Below, piece by piece: positions 1 to 15,355 of a stretch of DNA of 64,000 bases. The translations under genes and the position numbers were made by a program. This stretch comes from the human T2T-CHM13v2.0 reference genome, Homo sapiens. The notes under the pieces were generated by a model. The model made no database searches. It had not been told where the DNA came from and worked only from the letters and a program-made list of their open reading frames with translations. Each line of letters opens with the position of its first letter. Position 1 is the first letter of the stretch. The stretch lies in NCBI RefSeq assembly GCF_009914755.1, contig NC_060939.1; one strand, given 5' to 3'.

Positions 1-1533
1 ACCCTTAGAAAGGGTAGATCCAAGAAGGTTTAACACCAAGAACTGCAGACACTGGCAGAAGTCATTCAGGGAAGAGTCATGTAGACAAACATGTTGTTTT
101 CTCCAAAGCATAAAGCGCTCAGTATATAGATGGAGAAGGTGAGGCACAAGTACAGCCCAGTGATTATCCAAGGTGTTCATGATGGTGTCAGTCCTACAGC
201 CAAGACAAGACTATGTGCCTTCTATGCTACCAGAACACATTAACTCTTGGGCATCGTGTCCTGGAAACAAATTGAGTGGGGAAAATATTCTATTCTGGAA
301 TACCAGGGTATCTTGGTATTCCAGAGGAAAACTATTCGTGGTCCACTTTCATAATCTGTTTTTAGGGATTTGTCATTTACTAAGGCAGAAATTTTAATCC
401 TTCTCCCTGCTCAGGGGGGGATATCAGAATGAGGCTTCAGATAGAGGGTGAGTCAATCCCACCAATAGCAACCTTATCCCAACACAGCTTTATCAGTCTC
501 CATTTGTCCTCACCTGGAAAATCAACTGGTGAATGTGGCAGTCAGGGCCTCCTGGGTATAGAAGAGCCGCTGGGTCAAATACTTCCATCATGCTTCATTA
601 TACCCTAGTTAGGAGTTGACTTCTTCCACCTGTCTGAGTCTGAACTAGATGGACTCGCCACTGAGAGAGGATGACAGTCAGGTAGGGGTCTCTCTGCAGC
701 ACCTCCTACCAGCCAACCAGCAGCAGCGTTCCTACCCAGGTGTCCACCTGTCACCACTGGGCAGGGGTGATGAGCACACAGTTGCCTTTTCCATGGCAGC
801 ATTGTTCTTTGTCTAACTTTCATCTCTCTGCTATCTCACAATGCTCTTCTAAAATAAGGTATATTTGGCAGCATTATCAAATAAAGGCTGGCAACAAAAC
901 TCAAGCATTGTGAATGTGTGTTTCTTCAATTTAATTTAGATCTCTAATGTCTTGAGATTTAAAAAAAGATACTTTAATTTTTTTGTGATTCAAGTTGCAT
1001 TTGGATTGTGAAGACATTCTTTATAAGTTCGTGCCTGAAGTAAGTTATTTCTGAGTCCCTAAATAGATGCACAAGAGCCCCCAAACACCTGGGAAACGTG
1101 GTCTCCCTTGAAAAACTCACTGTAGCATGGCCTGAGTGCTTAGAATTTGTCTCATAAGAAAATTCCCTCATTTGATGAAACGATTTAAATGTGACTGTGG
1201 TCTCAATGGTTGGCGGGAAAGGCCACTTACAAATTCTCTTTATGAGAGACATGAGTTTACTATTCTACCTGTGAAGGAACAGCCTCTCTTGTTGGGTTTA
1301 AGAATAGTTTTTTAGCAGAATATCTTCTGTTCCAAGTCAAAATCATCTAAATAGGTTCAATATTCAGCTCTACATCTGTTTCTAATGCCTAAATGAAAAA
1401 ACGTTTTTAGTTCATGGGCCAGTGGGTGTACAGCTTGAATGCTAAGTCAGGAAGTAAGAAACTTGATTATTAGAGAGATGGGTATCCAAATATTTAATAT
1501 TTTTAATTAATGCTTACACATGTTTGGAAGTAA

Positions 1534-1902
<369 letters not shown>

Positions 1903-1939
1903 GTTCACTCTTTCTCATCAAAGGAGACTAGCATTTCAG

Positions 1940-2420
1940 AATCTTTATCAACAATAAGAAATTGTTATGCTCTGATGTTTACAGACCTGTGCTAGACTCT
2001 GGGAGGCAGAGGTGAAAAGACACAGCCTTGAGGGTCTTACAGTTTATAGAACAGCTGTCCAAATACACAACGTACAACGCAGGGCAATCAGAGCCAAGGG
2101 CACACAAGAGGCTCAGGCAGAGCTCCTCTGCAGAGGGCCAAGGCTCCTGGACCGCTTCCTGGAGGATGCCTGCATCCTTAAAGAAGGGAGAGGCACGGAC
2201 ACAGGACAGCATTGCAGAGGAGATGCACGGTGGGCTGGTGGTTTGATGGTTTGAACAAAGGCAGTGGTTGGCAAGTACACAGAGGATTGAGGAAATAAGT
2301 ACCTCAGTTAAGGAGGATGAGAGAATTCATAAAGGACAGACTGGGAGGTGAAACCAAAGAGGCAAGTGAAGGCACAGATGGCCAAGGTCATAAAGCCAGG
2401 CTCATGTGCACCAAGTGTCA
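1940..2420 (-). mobile_element. Degenerate L2 LINE fragment
   Basis: Weak resemblance to the L2 3' region (TGTGCTAGACTCTGGG...CCTTGAGGGTCTTACAGTTTA...CTTCCTGGAGGA). Confidence 0.4.
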
Positions 2421-2620
2421 ACCCAGTGCCCCTTTATTAAACTTCCATCTACCTTCTGTCAGTGTTAACTTAGGAAATCCCGATGGAGTGTTTCATTTCT
2501 TTCTTATTGTTGTTTTTGGTTTAGGGGTTTGGATTTTTTACTCCCGATAGGCTTTACCTTCAGGTCTACACCATTTGAACTTGATACGGTCAGCAATTAG
2601 GAAAAATAGAGAATATTAGA

Positions 2621-4946
<2,326 letters not shown>

Positions 4947-5279
4947 AGAATATTAGAGGAATCCCATGGCCTTAATCACGTGATAAAGCAGCAACTTAAC
5001 TCCCAAACAGGTAAATTAAAGAATAGTAATTGAATACTTTTCTTGACCACCTGAAACACAGATCCCATTCTGGCTCTATTTTAAGTTGGTGTTTTTAATG
5101 ATTCAATTTTTAACCAATCGCTTCATTCTGATTCCGAGAGAAATACCTAATGGACAAGGTAGCTGCCTTTTCAGTGCAAAAAATAACTTGCTTCTATTCC
5201 CAGAGCACTCGCTAATTCACAAAACGCCTCACTGTGTGTCCCATTTGATCAGCAGTACCATCTCCCAGGGCAGCTAGGG

Positions 5280-5380
5280 ACAGAATATTATCATCAGCCC
5301 CATTTCACAGGTGAGATAGTTGAGCTTCAGATAGATCGTGTGACTTGCCCTAGGTCACCTGGCTTGGGTCAGTCTTGGGT
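5280..5380 (-). mobile_element. MIR SINE fragment
   Basis: CCCATTTCACAGGTGAG...GTGACTTGCCCTAGGTCAC MIR core. Confidence 0.7.
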
Positions 5381-5684
5381 CCCAACCCTCCATACCTATG
5401 AGGACTGTGTAAGGTCTTCATCAAGATCCCACTTTTTCTCTACCTAGCTGATTGCTTAAGATTTTTTCTCGAATTTCTCTAAACTTTAAGGAGCTTTTTG
5501 ATCTTCTGCAAACCACGTTTTAGACCATACCTACCCCAAGGAAGAAAACTTTACACCTTATTCTCTGTGGCTATCAACTGATCAGAGGCAATGTTACTAC
5601 TCAAAGCACTGTTTTTTAATCTTCCACAACACCCCTAGAATATAGGAATTGATGTCCAGATTAGACAGGTGTGAAATGAGGTGT

Positions 5685-6129
5685 TGTGTTGGTCAGGGTT
5701 CTCTGAAGGGACAGAACTAGTAGGAGATAGATATATATATAGTAGTTTATTAAATATTAACTCACATGATCACAAGTCCCACAATAGGCCATCTGCAAGC
5801 TGAGTAGGAAAGAGCCAGTTCAAGTCCCAAAACTGAAGAACTTGGAGCCAGATGTTCGAGGGCAGGAAGCACCCAGCATGGGAGAAAGATGTAGGCTGGA
5901 AGGCTAGGCCAGTCTAGCTTTTTCATGTTTCTCTACCTGCTTTATATTCTAGCCAGGTGTGCTGGCTGCTGACTAGATGGTGCCCACCCAGATTAAGGGT
6001 GGGTCTGCCTTCCCCAGCCGACTGACTCAAATGTTAATTTCCTTTGGCAACACCCTCACAGACACACCCGGGATCAATATTTTGCATCCTTCATTCCAAT
6101 CAAGTTGACACGCAAGCTTAACCATCACA
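5685..6129 (-). mobile_element. MLT2A1-like HERVL solo LTR
   Basis: Minus strand begins TGTGATGGTTAAG...TCAACTTGATTGGAATGAAGGATGCAAA. 445 bp long. 5-bp TSD GGTGT at 5680-5684 and 6130-6134. Confidence 0.9.
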
Positions 6130-6254
6130 GGTGTAGAGCAATAAGGTGATTTGATTTGACCAAGCTCACTTAGCTCATACTTGAAAGAGTAGGAATCCCA
6201 AAGCCCTCAACCACACTAGCAGAAAAATGCCCAAACAGAGGTGGGAAGGTGTAA

Positions 6255-6415
6255 AGCAGTGATTCTCAGGCAGGATTTCTGGCTCCCCTGCATCAGAATC
6301 ACAGAGGACTCCTGTTAAACTTCAGATTCCTTTTCCAGAATGTCTCAAGATGAAACACACACCAGGGAATCTCCATTTTTTCAGGTCCTCAGAAGATTTT
6401 TACCAACACCAAAAG
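6255..6415. mobile_element. MER5-type hAT-Charlie DNA transposon fragment
   Basis: CAGTGATTCTCA...GCATCAGAATCAC...TTAAA...CAGATTCC. Confidence 0.55.
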
Positions 6416-6744
6416 CTAGGAAATACTGGTAGGAGACATGGCCAAGAGAATGGTGTATAGCTCAACCCCAGAAATACAGGGCAAATATGAGGAAGGAGGG
6501 GAGGATGGAGGGATGGAGGGCCAGGTGGTGGAGGACCCTGAATGAGGTTGGATTAGAGAGAACAGGAAAGGGACTAGAGGAAGGGACTTGAGGTGTCCCA
6601 GGAGCAGGAGTATTTTCATGTATTAGGAAAGGACTAGCTTTGGTAGAGGAAAAAGATCACTAAACTAAGAAGATACTGGCCTTTCAATCAACAAACCAAG
6701 CTGCCTCATCTTATTTCTCCTGTAAAGGAAGGAGGCCTGACTTG

Positions 6745-6850
6745 GGAGGCAGATCTGGATCTGTTTCCAACTCTGCCTCTAACCCCTCTGTGACTCTGAG
6801 CTAATCACTTGACATCTTGGAACCTCAGCTGAAGTTCAGCATCAGTAAAA
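6745..6850 (+). mobile_element. MIR fragment
   Basis: CAACTCTGCCTCTAAC...TGTGACTCTGAGCTAATCACTT...CCTCAG. Confidence 0.6.
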
Positions 6851-7185
6851 TCTCGCCCTGGCTGGGGAAGGTTGGGTGGGGGAGCAGAATGATTGCTAAT
6901 ATGTCATCCAACACCAAATTTTCGGGAGTTTCCACCCTCTCCTTCATTAAGCTCATCTCTATCCAATGTCTTTAGTGTTGCGTTCTCCAGCAAGACTCGG
7001 CAGGAAGATTTAGAAGGCTCTAAAGCCACAGAAGTGTTGTGCAGAGAAGCAGCTTAAGCCCAGGTCACAGTGGAAGGAGGCAGCCTCCAGCAGAATGATG
7101 GTCAGGTGTGGCTGTACGGTTGTGACCTCTGAGGGCACCCAGCATCTGGCAGCCATCCTCAGGGAGAGATTTCCTAAGTCTTTAT

Positions 7186-7510
7186 TGGTTTTGTTGTTTG
7201 TTTGTTTGTTTGTTTGTTTGTTTGTTTAAGACAGGGTTACTCTCTGTCAACCAGGCTGGGTTACAGTAGCATGATCATAGCTCACTGCAGCCTCAAACTC
7301 TTGGGCTCAAAAAATCCTCCCAATTCAGCCTCCCAAGCAGCTGAGATTATAGGTGTGCATCACCACACCTGGCTAATGTTTAAATTTTCTGTAGAGATGA
7401 GATTTTCCTACATTTCCCAGGCTGGTCTCAAACTCCTGGCCTCAAGAAATCCACCCACCTTGGCCTCCCAAAGTGCTGAGATTACAGGTGTGAGCCACCA
7501 CATCCATCTG
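7186..7510 (-). mobile_element. AluJ element with (TTTG)n tail
   Basis: AluJ-type GATCATAGCTCACTGCAGCCTCAAACTC...GGGCTCAA; full dimer. Confidence 0.92.
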
Positions 7511-8133
7511 CCAAAGTCCATATTTGAAAGCTGCCCAGCCCAGGATTTCTGTTAAGAGACACGTTCTGAGCTCCAGGAATGGCGAATGTGCTCTTTGGAC
7601 AGAAACTTTGGACTTAACAGTGGCCAACTGGAAGCATTCCGACTTTGAGTAAAATTTAAGCACCTGTTATAAAAGTCTGGTGCATGTCACACTGTCACAA
7701 TATCCTTTCTGTGGGTTATGGAAAGCTGGAGAAGCATTGTTTCAGACATGGGGGCAAACAGAGGACTGGGGCCTGTGGTTCTGCCATCCCGGTTTGGAAA
7801 TGGGAGAGGTCTGATCTGATCTGATCAAGGCAGAATCTGGATTAAGTAGAAATATATTCAGAGCTAAGACAACAATCTTGGATATACATACTCCATACTT
7901 GGAACTACATTCTCCATGAGATGGAAGAGGAATGTTCCTTCCAGCCCTCCTAAATTATTTAACATATATGAAAGATATTAATCTCTAGCCACTCACACCC
8001 CTCAAAACTTCTAGGGGGAGGTTTTATTATTCAGTATTGAGAACACCCAGTTCTGCTAGGAGAGCTGAATATTAGATTTGAAAGATGAATTTACTCAGGG
8101 TTTAAAAAAATAGCAGAAACAATTCCTCCTACA

Positions 8134-8594
8134 CAGTTGACCCTCAAACAACATGGGCTTGAACCGTGCAGGTCCACTTACACGTGGATGTTTTTTCAAT
8201 GAAAGTTACACCAAGTCTATCTGCCCCTCCTGCCTCCCCTTCCACTTCCTCTACCTCGTCCTCCTCTGCCACCCCTGAGACAGCAGATCAACTCCCCCTC
8301 TTTCTCCTGCTCCTCATTCTACTCACTGTGAAGACAAGATGAAGACCTAATGAATAGTAAACATATTTTCGCTTCTTTATAATTTTCCTGATAATATTTT
8401 CTTTTTTCTAGCTTACTTTATTGTAACAATACAGTATGTATTACATATAACGTACAAAATACGTGCTAATCAGCTATTTATAGTAGGATATTAGTAGTTA
8501 AGTTTTGGGTGAGTCAAAAGTTATACTCAGATTTTTTACTGAGCTGGAGGTCAGCACCCCTAATGAACTATGTTGGAGGGTCAAGGGTCAACTG
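8134..8594. mobile_element. Tigger2a (MER28)-like TcMar DNA transposon
   Basis: Terminal inverted repeats CAGTTGACCCT...AGGGTCAACTG; ~460 bp. Confidence 0.85.
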
Positions 8595-9261
<667 letters not shown>

Positions 9262-9500
9262 CCTCCCTTTCCACAAAATCTAGTTCCATGGTTCTAAAGG
9301 AGGGAAAGAGCATCAGAATTAATGCCTTCTCATGAATAAGGCACACTGGGGGCACTAGGAGAAGGGATTAAGTCAGAGAGAGACATGCTCTAGAAATCCA
9401 GCCAAGAAGAAGGTCCTGTGTAACCTTTACATTTTCTTTGCACATCCAATTAGAAATGAGAAAATGGGAAGACTCTGAGTTCCTCAGCAAATGACTAGAT

Positions 9501-9871
9501 TGTGAGTCCATTGACTGGGTAATTTATAAAGAATGAAATTTATTTCTCACACTTTCAGAGGCTAGGAAGTCCAAGATCAAGGCGCTAGTAGGTCTGGGGT
9601 CTGGTAAGAGCCCAGTCTCTGCTTCCAAGGTGGGGCCTTGAATGTTGCAACCTCCAGAGAGGATGACCTCTTTCCTCACATGGCAGAATGGCAGAAGAGA
9701 GCAAACCCACTTTTCTGAGCCCTTTTTATACAATCGTTAATCCATTCATGAGGATGGAGCCCTCATGACCTAAACACTTCACATTAGGTGCCATCTCTCA
9801 ACACTCTTGCATTGGAGATGAGGTTTTAACCTGTGAATCTTGGAGGGAACACAAACATTCACACTGTATCA
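9501..9871 (-). mobile_element. MST/MLT1A-type MaLR LTR
   Basis: GACTGGGTAATTTATAAAGAA...GGAAGTCCAAGATCAAGG...GGAGCCCTCATGACCTAAACAC...ACAAACATTCA. Confidence 0.8.
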
Positions 9872-10590
9872 TAGATTAATAGACTTGTCCATAGATGGCC
9901 CTCAAATGCTAGAAGGGCTCTGCACAGGAACCCAGGGACAAGACCCATCTATGGTCTGGCTACAGAGAGCAGAAAGAACACAGGGGTCAATACAAGCCTG
10001 CATGCATGCATCTGGGGCCCCTCCCCACCCAAATAAGGCCCTACAACCACTTTTTGGAGAGGAGAAAAAACAGAGATAGGAGCCTGAAATGTTGAGAATT
10101 TACCCCAAGGAGATGTTTCTACAAAGGTGACTATTTTAAACTGAAAGACACTTTCAAACCAAAAGAGTGAGTCTGAGATGCTTTAATTGGCAACTTGAAA
10201 AACTAGAAACATGTTTTCTTTTCTACCCATCTGGGGGAGGGTACTGGAGCAAGATTAGCTCCATTATGGAAAATAAAATTTACATTTTCTTTGCACATCC
10301 AATTAGTAATATAAAATTGTCAGCCCTTATTCCTACCACACAGGGAAATGGAGTTACAGAGACCAAGTGAGAGGACATTTTGGGGAGCATTTAAAAATCT
10401 AAACCCTGAACAGAGGTAGATGTGAAACCAAGAATGACGTGAACACTAAGAATGAGAACATCTGCATAGACGTTAGACTGGTTTTCAACGTAGCTAAGTA
10501 GATACCTTTACTCCGAGCCAAACCTACCTTACGTAAAGTCTCAACTGTGTGGCCATGACCATACTGGCCATTTTCCCCACCAGGGAAAAT

Positions 10591-11131
10591 GTCAGGGTTC
10601 TCTAGAGGGACAGAACTAATAGGATAGATGTATATATAAAGTGGAGTTTATTAATGAGTATTGACTCACATGATCACAAGGTGAAGTCCCACAACAGGCC
10701 ATCTGCAAGCTAAGAAGCAAGGAAGCCAGTCCGAGTCCCAAAACCTCAAAAGTAGGGAAGCCAACAGTGCAGTCTTCAGTTTGTGGCCAAAGGCCCAAGA
10801 GTCCCTGGCAAACCACTGGTGTAAATCCAAGAGTCCAAAAGCTGAAGAACTTGGAGTCCAATATTTGAGGGCAGGAAGCATCCAGCATGGGAGAAAGTTG
10901 AAGGCCGGAAGACTCAGTAAGTCTACTCTTCCATTTTCTCCTGCCTGCCTTATTCTAGCTGTGCTGGCAACTAATTAGATGGTACTCACCCAGATTGAAG
11001 GTGAGTCTACCTCTCCCAGTCCACTGACTCAAATATTAATCTCCTTTGGCAACACCCTCACAGACACACTTAGGAACAATACTTTGCATCCTTCAATCCA
11101 ATCAAGTTGACACTCAATATTAACCATCACA
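10591..11131 (-). mobile_element. MLT2A2-like HERVL solo LTR (last few bases of its 3' end missing)
   Basis: Minus strand begins TGTGATGGTTAATATTGAGTGTCAACTTGATTGGATTGAAGG. ~540 bp, homologous to 5685-6129 with an extra internal segment. Confidence 0.88.
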
Positions 11132-11240
11132 TCATCACTTTCCCAAGTGCTTTCCTGTGCAACCCCAAGTCCATCTTGCTCTTCCTCCTGAACTCTCCTC
11201 CTTCCTCCCAACCTGCCTCTGGATTTTAACCATTCTCCAA

Positions 11241-11631
11241 TGTCTTAGTTCATTTTGTGTTGCTATAAAGGAATACCTTAGGCTGGATAAATTATAAAGA
11301 AAAAAGGTGCATTTGGCTCAAGATTTAGATGACTGAAAACTTCAAGCTTGGATGTCTGCATCTGGCGAGAGCCTCAGGCTGCTTCCACTTGTGGTGGAGG
11401 GTGAAGGGGAGCTAGCATGTGCAGGAGTCACATGGCTAGAGAGGAGGAAAGAAGGAGGGAGGAGGTGCCAGGCTCATGGAAACTAATGGTGAGAATTTAC
11501 TCACCTCCAGGGAAGACGCCAATCTATTCATCTGCCGCCATAATCCAAATACTTCCCATTACCCCACCTCCGACATTGAGGATCAAATTTCAACATGAGG
11601 CTTGATGGGGACAAACAATCAAACCATAGCA
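11241..11631 (-). mobile_element. MSTB-like MaLR LTR
   Basis: TGTCTTAGTTCATTTTGTGTTGCTATAAAGGAATACC...CAAATTTCAACATGAG...AAACCATAGCA. Confidence 0.85.
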
Positions 11632-12244
11632 CCCCTTGATCTGTGCACTCCCTCTTTTAGAGCACAAGCCTAATGCATGCAAAACAACCACATATCAAAA
11701 GCATTCTCCAAATGACTCTCTTTCATTGTGAAAGGGAGCTTGCTGTTAGCACAAGAGCGAAGCAAGCAACAGCTTTCGGGAAGTGATAACATCAGGATCT
11801 GATAGTGGAGCCCATGCCAAATCTCAGCAGAGAGCCTCAGGGCCTGCAAGGACTGTGCATGAGACTTGGCACTGGTATCCTCAAGCCACAGAAGAACCTT
11901 TTCTGGAAAAGCAAATGAAAGCCAGAGGGCAAGGGAGCCAGAACAGCAGTGAGGCACTGAGGACCCTGAGCTCAGCCCACAAGAGCACTCCCCTCCAAGT
12001 CAGCACAACAAGTAAGCACAGGCTTTCTACCTCCTTCAGGCCAGATGTTTCTCTCCCCGTTCTAGCTGAGGGCTGAAATATCCCTTAACTAGTTCTGAGA
12101 GTGTGTTGTTGGTTACAGCTTCTCTCTATATTGCTACAGCCCCTGCCTCTCACATCCACCTGCTCCAGGGCACACAGCCCTTTCCCTGCAGGCTGAGGTC
12201 CTGCTGCTGGGCTCTGAGTGTCAAAGACTTTAGCATTTTTAGCA

Positions 12245-12575
12245 TCCTGCTACTCAAATCTCAAATTGTGGGCCCTACACCAGCAGCTTCAGCATCACCT
12301 GGATGCCTGTCAAGCTCCATTGCAGACCCACTGAATCGGAATCTGCATTTCAACATGACCCCAGATGATTGTGAGACAGAGTCAAGTTTGAGATACACTT
12401 TAACAGACTTTTCAAACTGGATGTAAATGGAATCACCTGGGGAGTTATTAAAAATATTGATGCTTACCTCCCACCTCCCAAAATTCTGATCTAACTGACA
12501 CAGGGTGAGATCAAAGTATTAAGGGTTTTAAAAGCTCAGATGATTCTACTGGGGAGCATAGCTTGAGAACCAATG
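12245..12575. mobile_element. Two adjacent MER5-family elements
   Basis: CAGCATCACCTGG...ACTGAATCGGAATCTGCATTT...AAGTTTGAGA, then GAATCACCTGGGGAG...GCTTGAGAACCA. Confidence 0.65.
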
Positions 12576-12659
12576 TTTCACTTCTCTCCCACTTGGATCT
12601 TCTATTTTTTCATTGATTCTCTTTCCAGTTATTGAACAAAGCAAATTATAAGCTCTCTT

Positions 12660-13204
12660 TTTCTATTTAATTTTATTTTTAACTTTTATTTTAGATTCAG
12701 GGGGTACATGTTTGTTACCTGGATATATTGCATGATGCTGAGGTTTGGGGTATGAATGATCCCATCACCCAGGTAACGATCATAGTGCCCAATAGTTTTT
12801 CAACCCTTGCCCCCATCTTTTCCTCCCCACTCTAGTAGTCCCCAGTGTCTATTTTTCCCTTCTTTGTGTCCATGTGCACTGAATGTTTAGCTCCCACTTA
12901 GAACATGTGGTATTTGCTTTTCTGTTCTTGTGTTTATTTGCTTAGGATAATGGCCTCCAGCTGCATCTATGTTGCTGGAAAGGACATGATTTTGTTCCTT
13001 TTTATGGCCTTGTAATGGTTCATGGTGTATATGCACCACATTTTCTTCATCCATTCCAACGTTGATGGACATCTAGGTTGATTCCACGTCTTCACTATTG
13101 TGAATAGTGTTGCAGTGAACATATGAGTGCATGTGTCTTTTCAATAGAACTTTCTTTTTCTTTTGGATATACACCCAGTAATAAGATTGCTGGGTCGAAT
13201 GGTT
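12660..13204 (-). mobile_element. L1PA15/16-like 3' end
   Basis: TTTTATTTTAGATTCAGGGGGTACATG...GATGCTGAGGTTTGGGGTATGAATGATCCC..., the L1 3' UTR and ORF2 end in reverse. Confidence 0.88.
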
Positions 13205-13740
13205 ATTATCATTCTCTTTTTAGTAAACCAACTTATAAAAAGATTTTAAATCAAAGCTTTGTGCTGCTAACCCCAGTGAGTCCAGAGCTTATATTTTTTA
13301 TCTTCCATGGGGGTAGGAGGTCTGCAGAAGGTGGTGGCAGACACAGGCCCAGCCCAGGAACTGACAGCTTTTCAACCACAGCCTGGTTTCCCCTCCAAGG
13401 GCAGAGCAAGGGTTTGTACTTTAGTATCTGGACAGAAGGAGAACTTTAGGGGCAGAGCAGGCAGTTGACTAGCCTGAAGGGTATATTGGGTCCCTGGTTA
13501 AGAATCAATAACTCCCCGGTGGAGGGGCTAAGCTCCGTCCCTTTTTTTAGATCAAGCCTAGTGGTCATGAACTTCAGATGAACACCCTCAACACCAGCAA
13601 GCTCTAGTCACACGAGCATTAGCCCAACCTGGGCCCCCTCCAAGAATGACAATATCAACCGGCAAGAGGCTGGGATCCCAGCTGCCATCTATGGGGGAAT
13701 AAGCCCAAGGAAGCTGGCAAAAGGGGCTCTGCTTACATCA

Positions 13741-14306
<566 letters not shown>

Positions 14307-14564
14307 TCAAAGAATAGGCTGCCTGACTAGGGTCTTCCCAGATTTTTGGACCCAAGTAGGCTTCATCTTTTATATGGAAAATTGGCTTATATTACAATCT
14401 GAGTAGTTTTATTTATTTATTGTAAAGAAAATTTGCCCCAAAGTGGGTATCTGAAGGAAATGAAAGAAATAGGAGATCTGTCCCCCAGTAATCTTTTTTA
14501 AAAGTACAGGTTCTCATCCACCAGGTACACCTGGGAGGAAGAAGGGGGGCAATGCCTCAGAGTG

Positions 14565-14680
14565 GTTGTATGACCTTCAGTGAGTCATCTCCCAGATCTG
14601 AGCCTTAGCTTCCCAATATGTAAAATAAGGGGACTCAGTTTCAATGATCTGTAAGGGGCACCTTCCTATTTAAATGGTGT
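14565..14680 (+). mobile_element. MIR/MIR3 fragment
   Basis: TGTATGACCTT...CTGAGCCTTAGCTTCCC...GTAAAATAAGG. Confidence 0.6.
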
Positions 14681-14944
14681 ATGGTCCTACCTAAAGGCTG
14701 AGGCTTCAATTTGAAACACTTGGCAATAACTGTTACAATCCCAAAATCTGGTGACATAGTTCCTCCTGATTGGAACTTTGTCCGTATGTCCATCAACTAA
14801 GGAATGTGTAGAAAATTCCTGAGAGGATGTTAGGGGAGATAATACAGGCAGAACAGGGTATCATCAGCCCTGACTGGAGGTTGCTGATGCTCTTGTTTTG
14901 TTCCACTTCATGGAGCAGCAAAGACTAATGAATCTTTTGAGCCC

Positions 14945-15355
14945 ATACCAATCAGGCTTTCACCACCACCCCTCCACCAAAATATGTCCTTTCCAAGGTC
15001 ACCAACAACTTCACATTGTTAAAATAGTGGCAGAGCTTGCCCTTAGCTGACTACACCTCTCAGCAACATTCCTCAGGGTTGACCCCTCCTGCATCCTTGA
15101 AATACTGTCTTCCTCTGGCTTTCAGGACACCCCACATGCCTGATTGTCCACCTACTTCTCTCACCGCTCCTTCCTGGTCTTCTTTGTCTGTTTCTTCCCA
15201 TCTCCCCAAATACTTAGTGTTACAGTGCCCCTGGTCTTTCAACCTCTTCTCTTTTCTCTCTTTATCTACTCCCCCTGGTGATTTCACCCATCTCATGGCT
15301 TTAAAACCACTAATGATTTCCATCATTACATCTCCAGCCCTGACCTCTCCCTGCT
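14945..15355 (+). mobile_element. L2 LINE fragment
   Basis: CAATCAGGCTTTCACC...CAAGGTCACCAACAACTTC...CCTCTCAGCAACATT...TGGCTTTCAGGACACC, an L2 ORF2 relic. Confidence 0.75.
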
